A stretch of 64,000 bases of DNA, taken from Eledone cirrhosa. Lineage: Eukaryota. Of the stretch, positions 46,501 through 59,500 are shown one piece after another. The notes beneath the pieces are model-generated. The model was not told the DNA's origin and ran no database searches. It saw only the letters and a program-made list of their open reading frames with translations. Location of the stretch: assembly GCA_964016885.1 (NCBI GenBank), contig OZ024744.1, positions 28,086,001 to 28,150,000 of the forward strand, written 5' to 3'. The translations under genes were made by a program, and so were the position numbers. Every line of letters starts with the position of its first letter. Positions within the stretch are counted from its first letter, which is position 1.

Positions 46501-49500
46501 CAATGGCAATAACAGTGAGAACAGCGAGAACAACAACAACAACAGTGACATTAACAGTTATAACAGCGACAACAACAACAACAGTGACCATAACAGTGAT
46601 AACAGCGAGAACAACAACAACAACAACAACAACAATGACAATAAGAGTGATAACAGCGACAACAACAACAACAACAACAACAATGACAGTTGTAACAGAA
46701 ACAACAACAACAACAGTGACAATAACAGTTATAACAGCGACAACAACAGTGACAATAACAGTGATAACAGCGACAACAACAACAACAACAATGACAATAA
46801 CAGCGATAACAGCGACAACAACAACAACAGTGACAATAACAGTGATAACAGCGATAACAACAACAACAACAACAACAGTGACCATAACAGTTATAACAGC
46901 GACAACAACAACAACAGCGACAACAACAACAAAAACAATGACAATAAGAGTGATAACAGCGACAACAACAACAACAGTGACAATAACAGCGATAACAGCG
47001 ACAACAACAACAACTATGACAATAACAGTGATAACAGCGACAACCGCAACAACAACAGTGACAATAACAGTGATAACAGCGACAACAGCAGTGAAAATAA
47101 CAGTGATAACAGCCAGAACAACAACAACGATCACGATGACAGTGATAACAGCGACAACAACAACAACAATGACAATAACAGTGATAACAGCGACAACAAC
47201 AACAACAGTGACAATTACAGTGATAACAGCGAGAACAACAACAACAGTGACAATAACAGTGATAACAGCGAGAACAACAACAACAACAACAACAGTGACA
47301 ATAACAGTTATAACAGCGACAATAACAACAACAATGACAATAACAGTTATAACAGCGACAACAACAACAACAACATCAATGACAATAACAGTGATAAAAG
47401 CGACAACAACAACAACAGTGACAATAACAGTGATAACAGCGACAACAACAACAACATTGACAATAACAGTGATAACAGCGACAACAACAACAACATTGAC
47501 AATAACAGTGATAACAGCGACAATAACAACAACAATGACAATATCAGTGATAACAGCGACAGGAACAACAACAACATTGACAATAACAGTGATAACAGCG
47601 AGAACAACAACAACAACAGCGACATTAACAGTTATAACAGCGACAACAGCAACAACAGTGACCATAACAGTGATAACAGCGAGAACAACAACAACAACAA
47701 TGACAATAACAGTTATAACAGCGACAACAACAACAACAACAATGACAGTTGTAACAGCGACAACAACAACAGTGACAATAACAGTTATAACAGCGACAAC
47801 AACAGTGACAATAACAGTTATAACAGCGACAACAACAACAGTGAGAATAACAGTGATAACAGCGACAACAACAACAACAACAATGACAATAACAGCGATA
47901 ACAGTGACAACAACAACAACAACAACAGTCACAATAACAGTGATAACAGTGATAACAACAACAAAAACAACAGTGACCATAACAGTTATAACAGCGACAA
48001 CAACAACAGCGACAACAACAACAAAAACAATTACAATAACAGTGATAACAGTGACAACAATAACAACAACAACAGTGACAATTAGAGCGATAACAGCGAC
48101 AACAACAACAACAATGACAACAAAAGTGATAACAACGACAACCGCAACAACAACAGTGACAATAACAGTGATAATAGCGACAACAGCAGTGACAATAACA
48201 GTGATAACAGCGAGAACAACAACAACAACAACAGCAGTGACAATAACAGTTATAACAGCGACATTAACAACAACAATGACAATAACAGTGATAACAGCTA
48301 CAACACCAACAACAAAATCAATGACAATAACAGTGATAAAAGCGACAACAACAACAGTGACAATAACAGTGATAACAGCGACAACAACAACAACATTGAC
48401 AATAACAGTGACAACAGCGACAACAAGAACAACAGTGACATTAACAGTTATATCAGCGACAATAACAACAACAGTGACACTAAAAGTTATAACACCGACA
48501 ACAACAACTGACAATAACAGTGACAACACCGACAACAACAACAACAACAATGACAATAATAGTTATAGCAGCGACAACAACAACAACAACAGTAACTAAT
48601 AACAGTTATATCACCGACACCAACAACAACAACAGTGACAATAACAGTTATAACAGCGACAACAACAGTGACAGTAACAGTTATAACAGCGACAACAGCA
48701 GTGACAATAACAGTGATAACAGCCAGAACAACAACAACAACGATCACGATGACAGTGATAACAGCGACAACAACGACAACAACAACAACAGTGAGAATAA
48801 CAGTTATAACCGCGACAACAACAACAGTCAAAAGAACAGTTATGACAGCGACAACAACAACAACAACAGTGACAATAACATTTATAACAGTGACAACAAC
48901 AACAGTGACAATAACAGTGATAACAGCGACAACAACAAAAACAGTGACGATAACAGTGAAAACAGCGACAACAACAACAACAATGACAATAACAGTGATA
49001 ACAGCGACAACAATAACAACAACAGTGATAATAACATTTATAACAGTGACAACAACAACAGTGACAATAACAGTGATAACAGCGACAACAACAACAGTGA
49101 CGATAACAGTGAAAACAGCGACGACAACAACAACAACAATGACAATAACAGTGATAACAGCGACAACAACGACAGTGTCAATAACAGTGATAACAGCTAC
49201 AACAACAACAACAACAACAACAGTGACAATAACATTTATAACAGTGACAACAACAACAGTGACATTAACAGTTATAACAGCGACAACAACAACAACAACA
49301 GTGACCATAACAGTGATAACAGCGAGAACAACAACAACAACAATGACAATAACAGTGATAACAGCGACAACAACAACAACAACAATGACAGTTGTGACAG
49401 CGACAACAACAACAACAGTGACAATAACAGTTATAACAGCGACAACAACAGTGACAATAACAGTGATAACAGCGAAAACAACAACAACAACAATGACAAT

Positions 49501-49869
49501 AACAGTGATAACAGCGACAACAACGACAGTGTCAATAACAGTGATAACAGCTACAACAACAACAACAACAACAACAGTGACAATAACAATTATAACAGCA
49601 GCAACAACAACAACAGTGACAATAACAGTTATAACAGCGACAACAACAACTACAGTGACAATGACAGTGATAACATCGAGAACAACAACAACGACAGTGA
49701 CAATAACAGTTATAACAGTGATAACAACAACAATGACAATAACAGTGATAACAGCGACAACAACAACAATGACAATAACAGTTATAACAGCGCCAACAAC
49801 ACCAATAACAACAACAGTTATAACAGCGACAACGACAACAACAACAGTGACAATAACAGTGATAACAGA

Positions 49870-52800
49870 GACAACAACAACAACAATGCCAATAACAGTT
49901 ATAACAGCGTCAACAACAACAGAACAATAAAAGTAATAACAGCGACAACAACAACAACAGTGACAACAACAGTTATAACAGCGACAACAACAAAAACAAC
50001 AATGACAATAACAGTTATAACAGCGACAACAACAACAAGGACATTAATAGTTATAACAGCGAGAACAACAACAGTAACTAATAACAGTTATATCACCGAC
50101 AGCAACAACAACAACAGCGACAACAACAGTGACAATAACAGTGATAACAGCCAGAACAACAACAACAACGATCACGATGACAGTGATAACAGCGACAACA
50201 ACAACAACAGTGAGAATAACAGTTATAACAGTGACAACAACAACAGTGACAATAACAGTGATAACAGCGACAACAACAACAACAGTGACGATAACAGTGA
50301 AAACAGCGACAACAACAACAACAATGACAATAACAGTGATAACAGGGACAACAATGACAGTAACAGTTACAACAGCGACAACAATGACAATAACAGTGAT
50401 AACAGCGACAACAACAACAACAGTGACAATAACAGTGATAACAGCGACAACAACAACAACAGTGACAATAACAGTTATAACAGGGACAACAACAACAACA
50501 GTGACAATAACAGTTATAACAGCGACAACAACAACAGTGACAATAACAGTTATAACAGCAAAAACAACAACAGCAGTGACAATAACAGTGATAACAGCGA
50601 CAACAAAAACAACAGTGACAATAACATTTATAACAGTGACAACAACAACAACAGTGACAATAACAGTGATAACAGCGACAACAATAACAACAGTGACAAT
50701 AACAGTGATAACAGCGACAATAACAACAACAATGGCAATAACAGTGATAACAGCGAGAACAACAAAAACAACAGTGACATTAACAGTTATAACAGCGCTA
50801 ACAACAACAACAGTGACCATAAAAGTGATGACAGCGAAAACAACAACAACACCAATGACAATAACAGTGATAACAGCGACAACAACAACAACAACAATGA
50901 CAGTTGTAACAGCGACAACCACAACAACAGTGAGAATAACAGTTATAACAGCGACAACAACAGTGACAATAACAGTGATAACAGCGACAACAACAACAAC
51001 AATGACAATAACAGCGATAACAGCGACAACAACAACAACAGTGACAATAACAGTGATAACAGCGACAACAAAAACAATGATAATAACAGTGATAAAAGCG
51101 ACAACAGCAACAACAACAGCAGTAACCATAACATTTATAACAGCGACAACAACAGCGACAACAACAACAAAAACAATGACAATAACAGTGGTAACAGCGA
51201 CAACAACAACAACAGTGACAATAACAGCGATAACAGCGACAACAACAACAACAATGATAATAACAGTGATAAAAGCGACAACCGCAACAACAACAGTGAC
51301 AATAACAGTGATAACAGCGACAACAGCAGTGAAAATAACAGTGATAACAGCCAGAACAACAACAACGATCACGATGACAGTGATAACAGCGACAACAACA
51401 ACAACAGTGACAATAACAGTGATAACAGCGACAACAACAACAACAACAGTGATAACAGCGAGAACAACAACAACAACAGTGACAATAACAGTGACAACAG
51501 CGACAACAACAACAACAACAATGACAATAATAGTTATAGCAGCGACAACAACAACAACAACAACAGTAACTAATAACAGTTATATCACCGACAGCAACAA
51601 CAACGACAGTGACAATAACAGTTATAACAGCGACAACAACAGTGACAATAACAGTTATAACAGAGACAACAGCAGTGACAATAACAGTGATAACAGCGAC
51701 AATAACAACAACAATGACAATACCAGTGATAACAGCGACACGAACAACAACAACAATGAAAATAACAGTGATAACAGCGAGAACAACAACAACAACAGTG
51801 ACATTAACAGTAATAACAGCGACAACAACAACAACAGTGACCATAAGAGTGATAACAGCGACAACAACAACAACAATGACAGTTGTAACAGCGACAACAA
51901 CAACAACAATGCCAATAACAGTTATAACAGCGTCAACAACAACAGAACAATAAAAGTAATAACAGCGACAACAACAACAACAGTGACAACAACAGTTATA
52001 ACAGCGACAACAACAAAAACAACAATGACAATAACAGTTATAACAGCGACAACAACAACAAGGACATTAATAGTTATAACAGCGAGAACAACAACAGTAA
52101 CTAATAACAGTTATATCACCGACAGCAACAACAACAACAGCGACAACAACAGTGACAATAACAGTGATAACAGCCAGAACAACAACAACAACGATCACGA
52201 TGACAGTGATAACAGCGACAACAACAACAACAGTGAGAATAACAGTTATAACAGTGACAACAACAACAGTGACAATAACAGTGATAACAGCGACAACAAC
52301 AACAACAGTGACGATAACAGTGAAAACAGCGACAACAACAACAACAATGACAATAACAGTGATAACAGGGACAACAATGACAGTAACAGTTACAACAGCG
52401 ACAACAATGACAATAACAGTGATAACAGCGACAACAACAACAACAGTGACAATAACAGTGATAACAGCGACAACAACAACAACAGTGACAATAACAGTTA
52501 TAACAGGGACAACAACAACAACAGTGACAATAACAGTTATAACAGCGACAACAACAACAGTGACAATAACAGTTATAACAGCAAAAACAACAACAGCAGT
52601 GACAATAACAGTGATAACAGCGACAACAAAAACAACAGTGACAATAACATTTATAACAGTGACAACAACAACAACAGTGACAATAACAGTGATAACAGCG
52701 ACAACAATAACAACAGTGACAATAACAGTGATAACAGCGACAATAACAACAACAATGGCAATAACAGTGATAACAGCGAGAACAACAAAAACAACAGTGA

Positions 52801-53931
52801 CATTAACAGTTATAACAGCGCTAACAACAACAACAGTGACCATAAAAGTGATGACAGCGAAAACAACAACAACACCAATGACAATAACAGTGATAACAGC
52901 GACAACAACAACAACAACAATGACAGTTGTAACAGCGACAACCACAACAACAGTGAGAATAACAGTTATAACAGCGACAACAACAGTGACAATAACAGTG
53001 ATAACAGCGACAACAACAACAACAATGACAATAACAGCGATAACAGCGACAACAACAACAACAGTGACAATAACAGTGATAACAGCGACAACAAAAACAA
53101 TGATAATAACAGTGATAAAAGCGACAACAGCAACAACAACAGCAGTAACCATAACATTTATAACAGCGACAACAACAGCGACAACAACAACAAAAACAAT
53201 GACAATAACAGTGGTAACAGCGACAACAACAACAACAGTGACAATAACAGCGATAACAGCGACAACAACAACAACAATGATAATAACAGTGATAAAAGCG
53301 ACAACCGCAACAACAACAGTGACAATAACAGTGATAACAGCGACAACAGCAGTGAAAATAACAGTGATAACAGCCAGAACAACAACAACGATCACGATGA
53401 CAGTGATAACAGCGACAACAACAACAACAGTGACAATAACAGTGATAACAGCGACAACAACAACAACAACAGTGATAACAGCGAGAACAACAACAACAAC
53501 AGTGACAATAACAGTGACAACAGCGACAACAACAACAACAACAATGACAATAATAGTTATAGCAGCGACAACAACAACAACAACAACAGTAACTAATAAC
53601 AGTTATATCACCGACAGCAACAACAACGACAGTGACAATAACAGTTATAACAGCGACAACAACAGTGACAATAACAGTTATAACAGAGACAACAGCAGTG
53701 ACAATAACAGTGATAACAGCGACAATAACAACAACAATGACAATACCAGTGATAACAGCGACACGAACAACAACAACAATGAAAATAACAGTGATAACAG
53801 CGAGAACAACAACAACAACAGTGACATTAACAGTAATAACAGCGACAACAACAACAACAGTGACCATAAGAGTGATAACAGCGACAACAACAACAACAAT
53901 GACAGTTGTAACAGCGACAACAACAACAACA
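49870..53931. repeat. 2,023-bp tandem duplication (2 copies, apparently identical)
   Basis: ORF pairs 50044/52067, 50129/52152, 50943/52966, 51135/53158 and 51609/53632 are all offset by 2,023. ATGCCAATA lies at 49886 and 51909. The match ends at ~53931. Confidence 0.93.
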
Positions 53932-54101
53932 GTGACAATAACAGTTATAACAGCGACAACAACAGTGACAATAACAGTTATAACAGCGACAACAACAACA
54001 GTGACAATAACAGTGATAACAGCGACAACAACAACAACAACAATGACAATAACAGCGATAACAGCGACAACAACAACAACAACAGTCACAATAACAGCGA
54101 T

Positions 54102-54132
<31 letters not shown>

Positions 54133-54399
54133 GTGACCATAACAGTTATAACAGCGACAACAACAACAACAAAAACAATTACAATAACAGTGATAACAGT
54201 GACAACAACAACAACAACAGTGACAATTAGAGCGATAACAGCGACAACAACAACAACAATGACAACAACAGTGATAACAGCGACAACCGCAACAACAACA
54301 GTGACAATAACAGTGATAACAGCGACAACAACAACAACAACAATGACAATAACAGTGATAACAGCGACAACCGCAACAACAACAGTGATATTACAGTTA

Positions 54400-55828
54400 T
54401 AACAGCGACAAGAACAGTGACAATAACAGTGATAACAGCGAGAACAACAACAACAACAGTGACAATAACAGTGATAACAGCGAGAACAACAACAACAACA
54501 ACAGCAGTGACAATAACAGTTATAACATTGACAATAACAACAACAATGACAATAACAGTGATAACAGCGACAACACCAACAACATCACTGACAATAACAG
54601 TGATAAAAGCGACAACAACAACAACAGTGACAATAACAGTGATAACAGCGACAACAACAACATTGACAATAACAGTGATAACAGCGACAACACGAACAAC
54701 AGTGACATTAACAGTTATAACAGCGACAATAACAACAACAGTGACACTAAAAGTTATAACAGCAACAACAACTGACAATAACAGTGACAACAGCGACAAC
54801 AACAACAACAACAATGACAATAATAGTTATAGCAGCGACAACAACAACAACAACACCAACAGTAACTAATAACAGTTATATCACCGACAGCAACAACAAC
54901 AACAGTCAAAAGAACAGTTATGACAGCGACAACAACAGTGACAATAACATTTATAACAGTGACAACAACAACAGTGACAATAACAGTGATAACAGCGACA
55001 ACAACAACAACAGTGACGATAACAGTGAAAACAGCGACAACAACAACAACAATGACAATAACAGTAATAACAGCGACAACAATAACAACAACAGTGACAA
55101 TAACATTTATAACAGTGACAACAACAACAGTGGCAATAACAGTGATAACAGCGACAACGACAACAGTGACGATAACAGTGAAAACAGCGACGACAACAAC
55201 AACAACAATGACAATAACAGTGATAACAGCGACAACAAAAACAACAGTGACAATAACAGTGATAATAGCGACAACAACAACATTGACAATAACAGTGATA
55301 ACAGCGACAACAAGAACAAGAGTAACATTAACAGTTATAACAGCGACAATAACAACAAGAGTGACACTAAAAGTTATAACAGCGACAACAACAACTGACA
55401 ATAGCAGTGACAACAGCGACAACAACAACAACAACAATGACAATAATAGATATAGCAGCGACAACAACAACAACAGTGACAATAACAGTGATAACTGCGA
55501 GAACAACAACAACAACAGTGACAATAACAGTGATAACAGCGACAACAACAACAGTGACAATAACCATGATAACAACGACAACAACGACAACAACAGCAAC
55601 TATAACAGTGATGACAACGACGACACCAACAACAACAACACAACAACGGTGACAATAACAGCGACAACAACAACAACAGCGACAATAACACTGATGACAA
55701 CGACAACAACAACAAAGACAACAGTGACAATAACATTGATAACAACAACAACGACAACAACAACAGTGACAATAACAGTGATAACAGCGACAACAACAAC
55801 AACAGTGTCGATAACAGTGATAACAGCT

Positions 55829-55864
<36 letters not shown>

Positions 55865-55968
55865 GTGACAATAACAATTATAACAGCGGCAACAACAACA
55901 ACAGTGACAATAAAAGTTATAACAGCGACAACAACAACGACAGTGACAATAACAGTGATAACAGCGAG

Positions 55969-56005
<37 letters not shown>

Positions 56006-59000
56006 GTGACAATAACAATTATAACAGCGGCAACAACAACCACAGTGACAATAACAGTTATAACAGTGACAACAACAATAATGACAATAAGAGTGATAAC
56101 AGCGACAACAACAACAACAATGACAATAACAGTTATAACAGCGACAACAACACCAATAACAATAACAGTTATAAAAGCGACAACAACAACAACAGTGACA
56201 ATAACAGTGATAACAGAGACAACAACAACAACAATGCCAATAACAGTTATAAGAGCGACAACAACAACAGAACAATAAAAGTGATAACAGCGACAACAAC
56301 AACAACAAAACAACAACAGTGACAATAACAGTGACAACAACAACAACAGTGGCAACAACAGTTATAACAGCGACAACAACAAAAACATAATGACAATAAC
56401 AGTTATAACAGCGACAACAACAACAAGGACAATAATAGTTATAACAGCGAGAACAACAACAACAGTAACTAATAACAGTTATATCACCGACAGCAACAAC
56501 AACAACAACAGTGACAATAACAGTTATAACAGCGACAACAACAGTGACAATAACAGTTATAACAGCGACAACAGCAGTGACAATAACAGTTATAACAGGG
56601 ACAACAACAACAACAGTGACAATAACAGTTATAACAGCGACAACAACAACAGTGACAATAACAGTTATAACAGCGACAACAATAACAACAGCGACAATAA
56701 CAGTGATAACAGCGACAACAAAAACAACAGTGAGAATAACATTTATAACAGTGACAACAACAACAGTGACAATAACAGTGATAACAGCGACAACAACAAC
56801 AAAAGTGACAATCACAATGATAACAGCGACAATAACAACAACAATGACAATAACAGTGATAACGGTCAGAACAACAACAACGATCACGATGACAGTGATA
56901 ACAGCGACAACAACAACAACAACAGTGACAATAATAGTGATAACAGCGACAACAACAACAACAATGGCAATAACAGTGATAACAGCGACAACCGCAACAC
57001 AACAGTGATATTACAGTTATAACAGCGACAAGAACAGGGACAATAACAGTGATAACAGCGAGAACAACAACAACAACAGTGACAATAACAGTGATAACAG
57101 CGAGAACAACAACAACAACAACAACAGCAGTGACAATAACAGTTATAACAGCGACAATAACAACAACAATGACAATAACAGTGATAACAGCGACAACACC
57201 AACAACAACATCACTGACAATAACAGTGATAAAAGCGACAACAACAACAACAGTGACAATAACAGTGATAACAGCGACAACAACAACATTGACAATAACA
57301 GTGATAACAGCGACAACACGAACGACAGTGACATTAACAGTTATAACAGCGACAATAACAACAACAGTGACACTAAAAGTTATAACAGCGACAACAACTG
57401 ACAATAACAGTGACAACAGCGACAACAACAACAACAATGACAATAACAGTTATAACAGTGACAACAACAACAACAGTGACAACAACAGTTATAACAGCGA
57501 CAACAACAAAAACAATAATGACAATAACAGTTATAACAGCGACAACATCAACAAGGACAATAATAATTATAACAGCGAGAACAACAACAACAGTAACTAA
57601 TAACAGTTATATCACCGACAGCAACAACAACAACAGTGACAATAACAGTTATAACAGCGACAACAACAGTGACAATAACAGTTATAACAGCGACAACAGC
57701 AGTGACAATAACAGTGATAACAGCCAGAACAACAACAACGATCACGATGACAGTGATAACAGCGACAACAACAAGAACAACAGTGAGAATAACAGTTATA
57801 ACAGCGACAACAACAACAGTCAAAAGAACAGTTATGACAGCGACAACAACAACAACAGTGACAATAACATTTATAACAGTGACAACAACAGTGAAAATAA
57901 CAGTGATAACAGCGACAACAACAACAACAGTGACGATAACAGTGAAAACAGCGACAACAACAACAACAATGACAATAACAGTGATAACAGCGACAACAAT
58001 AACAACAACAGTGACAATAACATTTATAACAGTGACAACAACAACAGTGACAATAACAGTGATAACAGCGACAACAACAGTGACGATAACAGTGAAAACA
58101 GCGACGACAACAACAACAACAATGACAATAACAGTGATAACAGGGACAACAATGACAGTAACAGTTACAACAGCGACAACAATGACAATAACAGTGATAA
58201 CAGCGACAACACCAACAACAACATCAATGACAATAACAGTGATAAAAGCGACAACAACAACAATAGTGACAATAACAGTGATAACAGCGACAACAACAAC
58301 ATTGACAATAACAGTGATAACAGCGACAACAAGAACAAGAGTGACATTAACAGTTATAACAGCGACAATAACAACAAGAGTGACACTAACAGTTATAACA
58401 GCGACAACAACAACTGACAATAACAGTGACAACAGCGACAACAACAACAACAACAATGACAATAATAGTTATAGCAGCGACAACAACAACAACAGTGACA
58501 ATAACAGTGATAACTGCGAGAACAACAACAACAACAGTGACAATAACAGTGATAACAGCGACAACAACAACAGTGACAATAACCATGATAACAACGACAA
58601 CAACGACAACAACAGCGACAATAACAGTGATGACAACGACGACACCAACAACAACACAACAACGGTGACAATAACAGCGACAACAACAACAACAGCGACA
58701 ATAACACTGATAACAACGACAACAACAACAAAGACAACAGTGACAATAACAGTGATAACAACAACGACAACAACAACAGTGACAATAACAGCGACAACAA
58801 CAACACCAGTGACAATAACAGTGATAACAGCGACAACAACAACAACAGTGTCGATAACAGTGATAACAGCTACAACAACAACAACAACAACAACAACAAC
58901 AGTGACAATAACAATTATAACAGCGGCAACAACAACAATAGTGACAATAACAGTTATAACAGCGACAACAACAACAGTGACAATAACAGTGATAACAGCG

Positions 59001-59500
59001 AGAACAACAACAACCACAGTGACAATAACAGTTATAACAATGACAACAACAACAATGACAATAAGAGTGATAACAGCGACAACAACAACAACAATGACAA
59101 TAACAGTTATAACAGCGACAACAACACCAATAACAATAACAGTTATAAAAGCGACAACAACAACAACAGTGACAATAACAGTGATAACAGAGACAACAAC
59201 AACAACAATGCCAATAACAGTTATAACAGCGACAACAACAACAGAACAATAAAAGTGATAACAGCGACAACAACAACAACAAAACAACAACAGTGACAAT
59301 AACAGTGACAACAACAACAACAGTGACAACAACAGTTATAACAGCGACAACAACAACAAGGACAATAATAGTTATAACGCGAGAACAACAACAACAGTAA
59401 CTAATAACAGTTATATCACCGACAGCAACAACAACAACAGTGACAATAACAGTTATAACAGCGACAACAACAGTGACAATAACAGTTATAACAGCGACAA
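54400..59500. repeat. Diverged ~2.6-3.0 kb tandem duplication
   Basis: Paired landmarks are GTGATATTACAG (ORF ends 54402/57022), ORFs 55407/58426 and TEQ stops 56278/59252. Shared private variants are TCACTGACA, AACCATGATA, ATAACTGCGAGA and GTGTCGATA. Confidence 0.78.

Noticed and set aside
44100-48599. 1,499-aa + strand ORF (T-rich, then N/S/D-rich, then T-rich) as a mucin, adhesin or dentin-phosphoprotein-like gene
   Set aside because: The composition switches coincide with 1-nt indel landmarks of the satellite. There is no unique domain or signal peptide, and equally long ORFs overlap it in other frames and on the other strand.
48520-54230. Asn/Ser/Asp-rich ORFs as Plasmodium- or Dictyostelium-type poly-Asn proteins
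   Set aside because: No globular domains flank them, the same register carries point-mutation stops elsewhere, and the 2,023-bp duplication is out of frame.
244-59260. AATAAA within GAACAATAAAAG as polyadenylation signals at the TEQ* ORF ends, and TATAA as TATA boxes
   Set aside because: AATAAA is one substitution from the monomer's AATAAC and has no downstream GU-rich element. TATAA is part of the common GTTATAAC monomer allele. There is no independent support for either.
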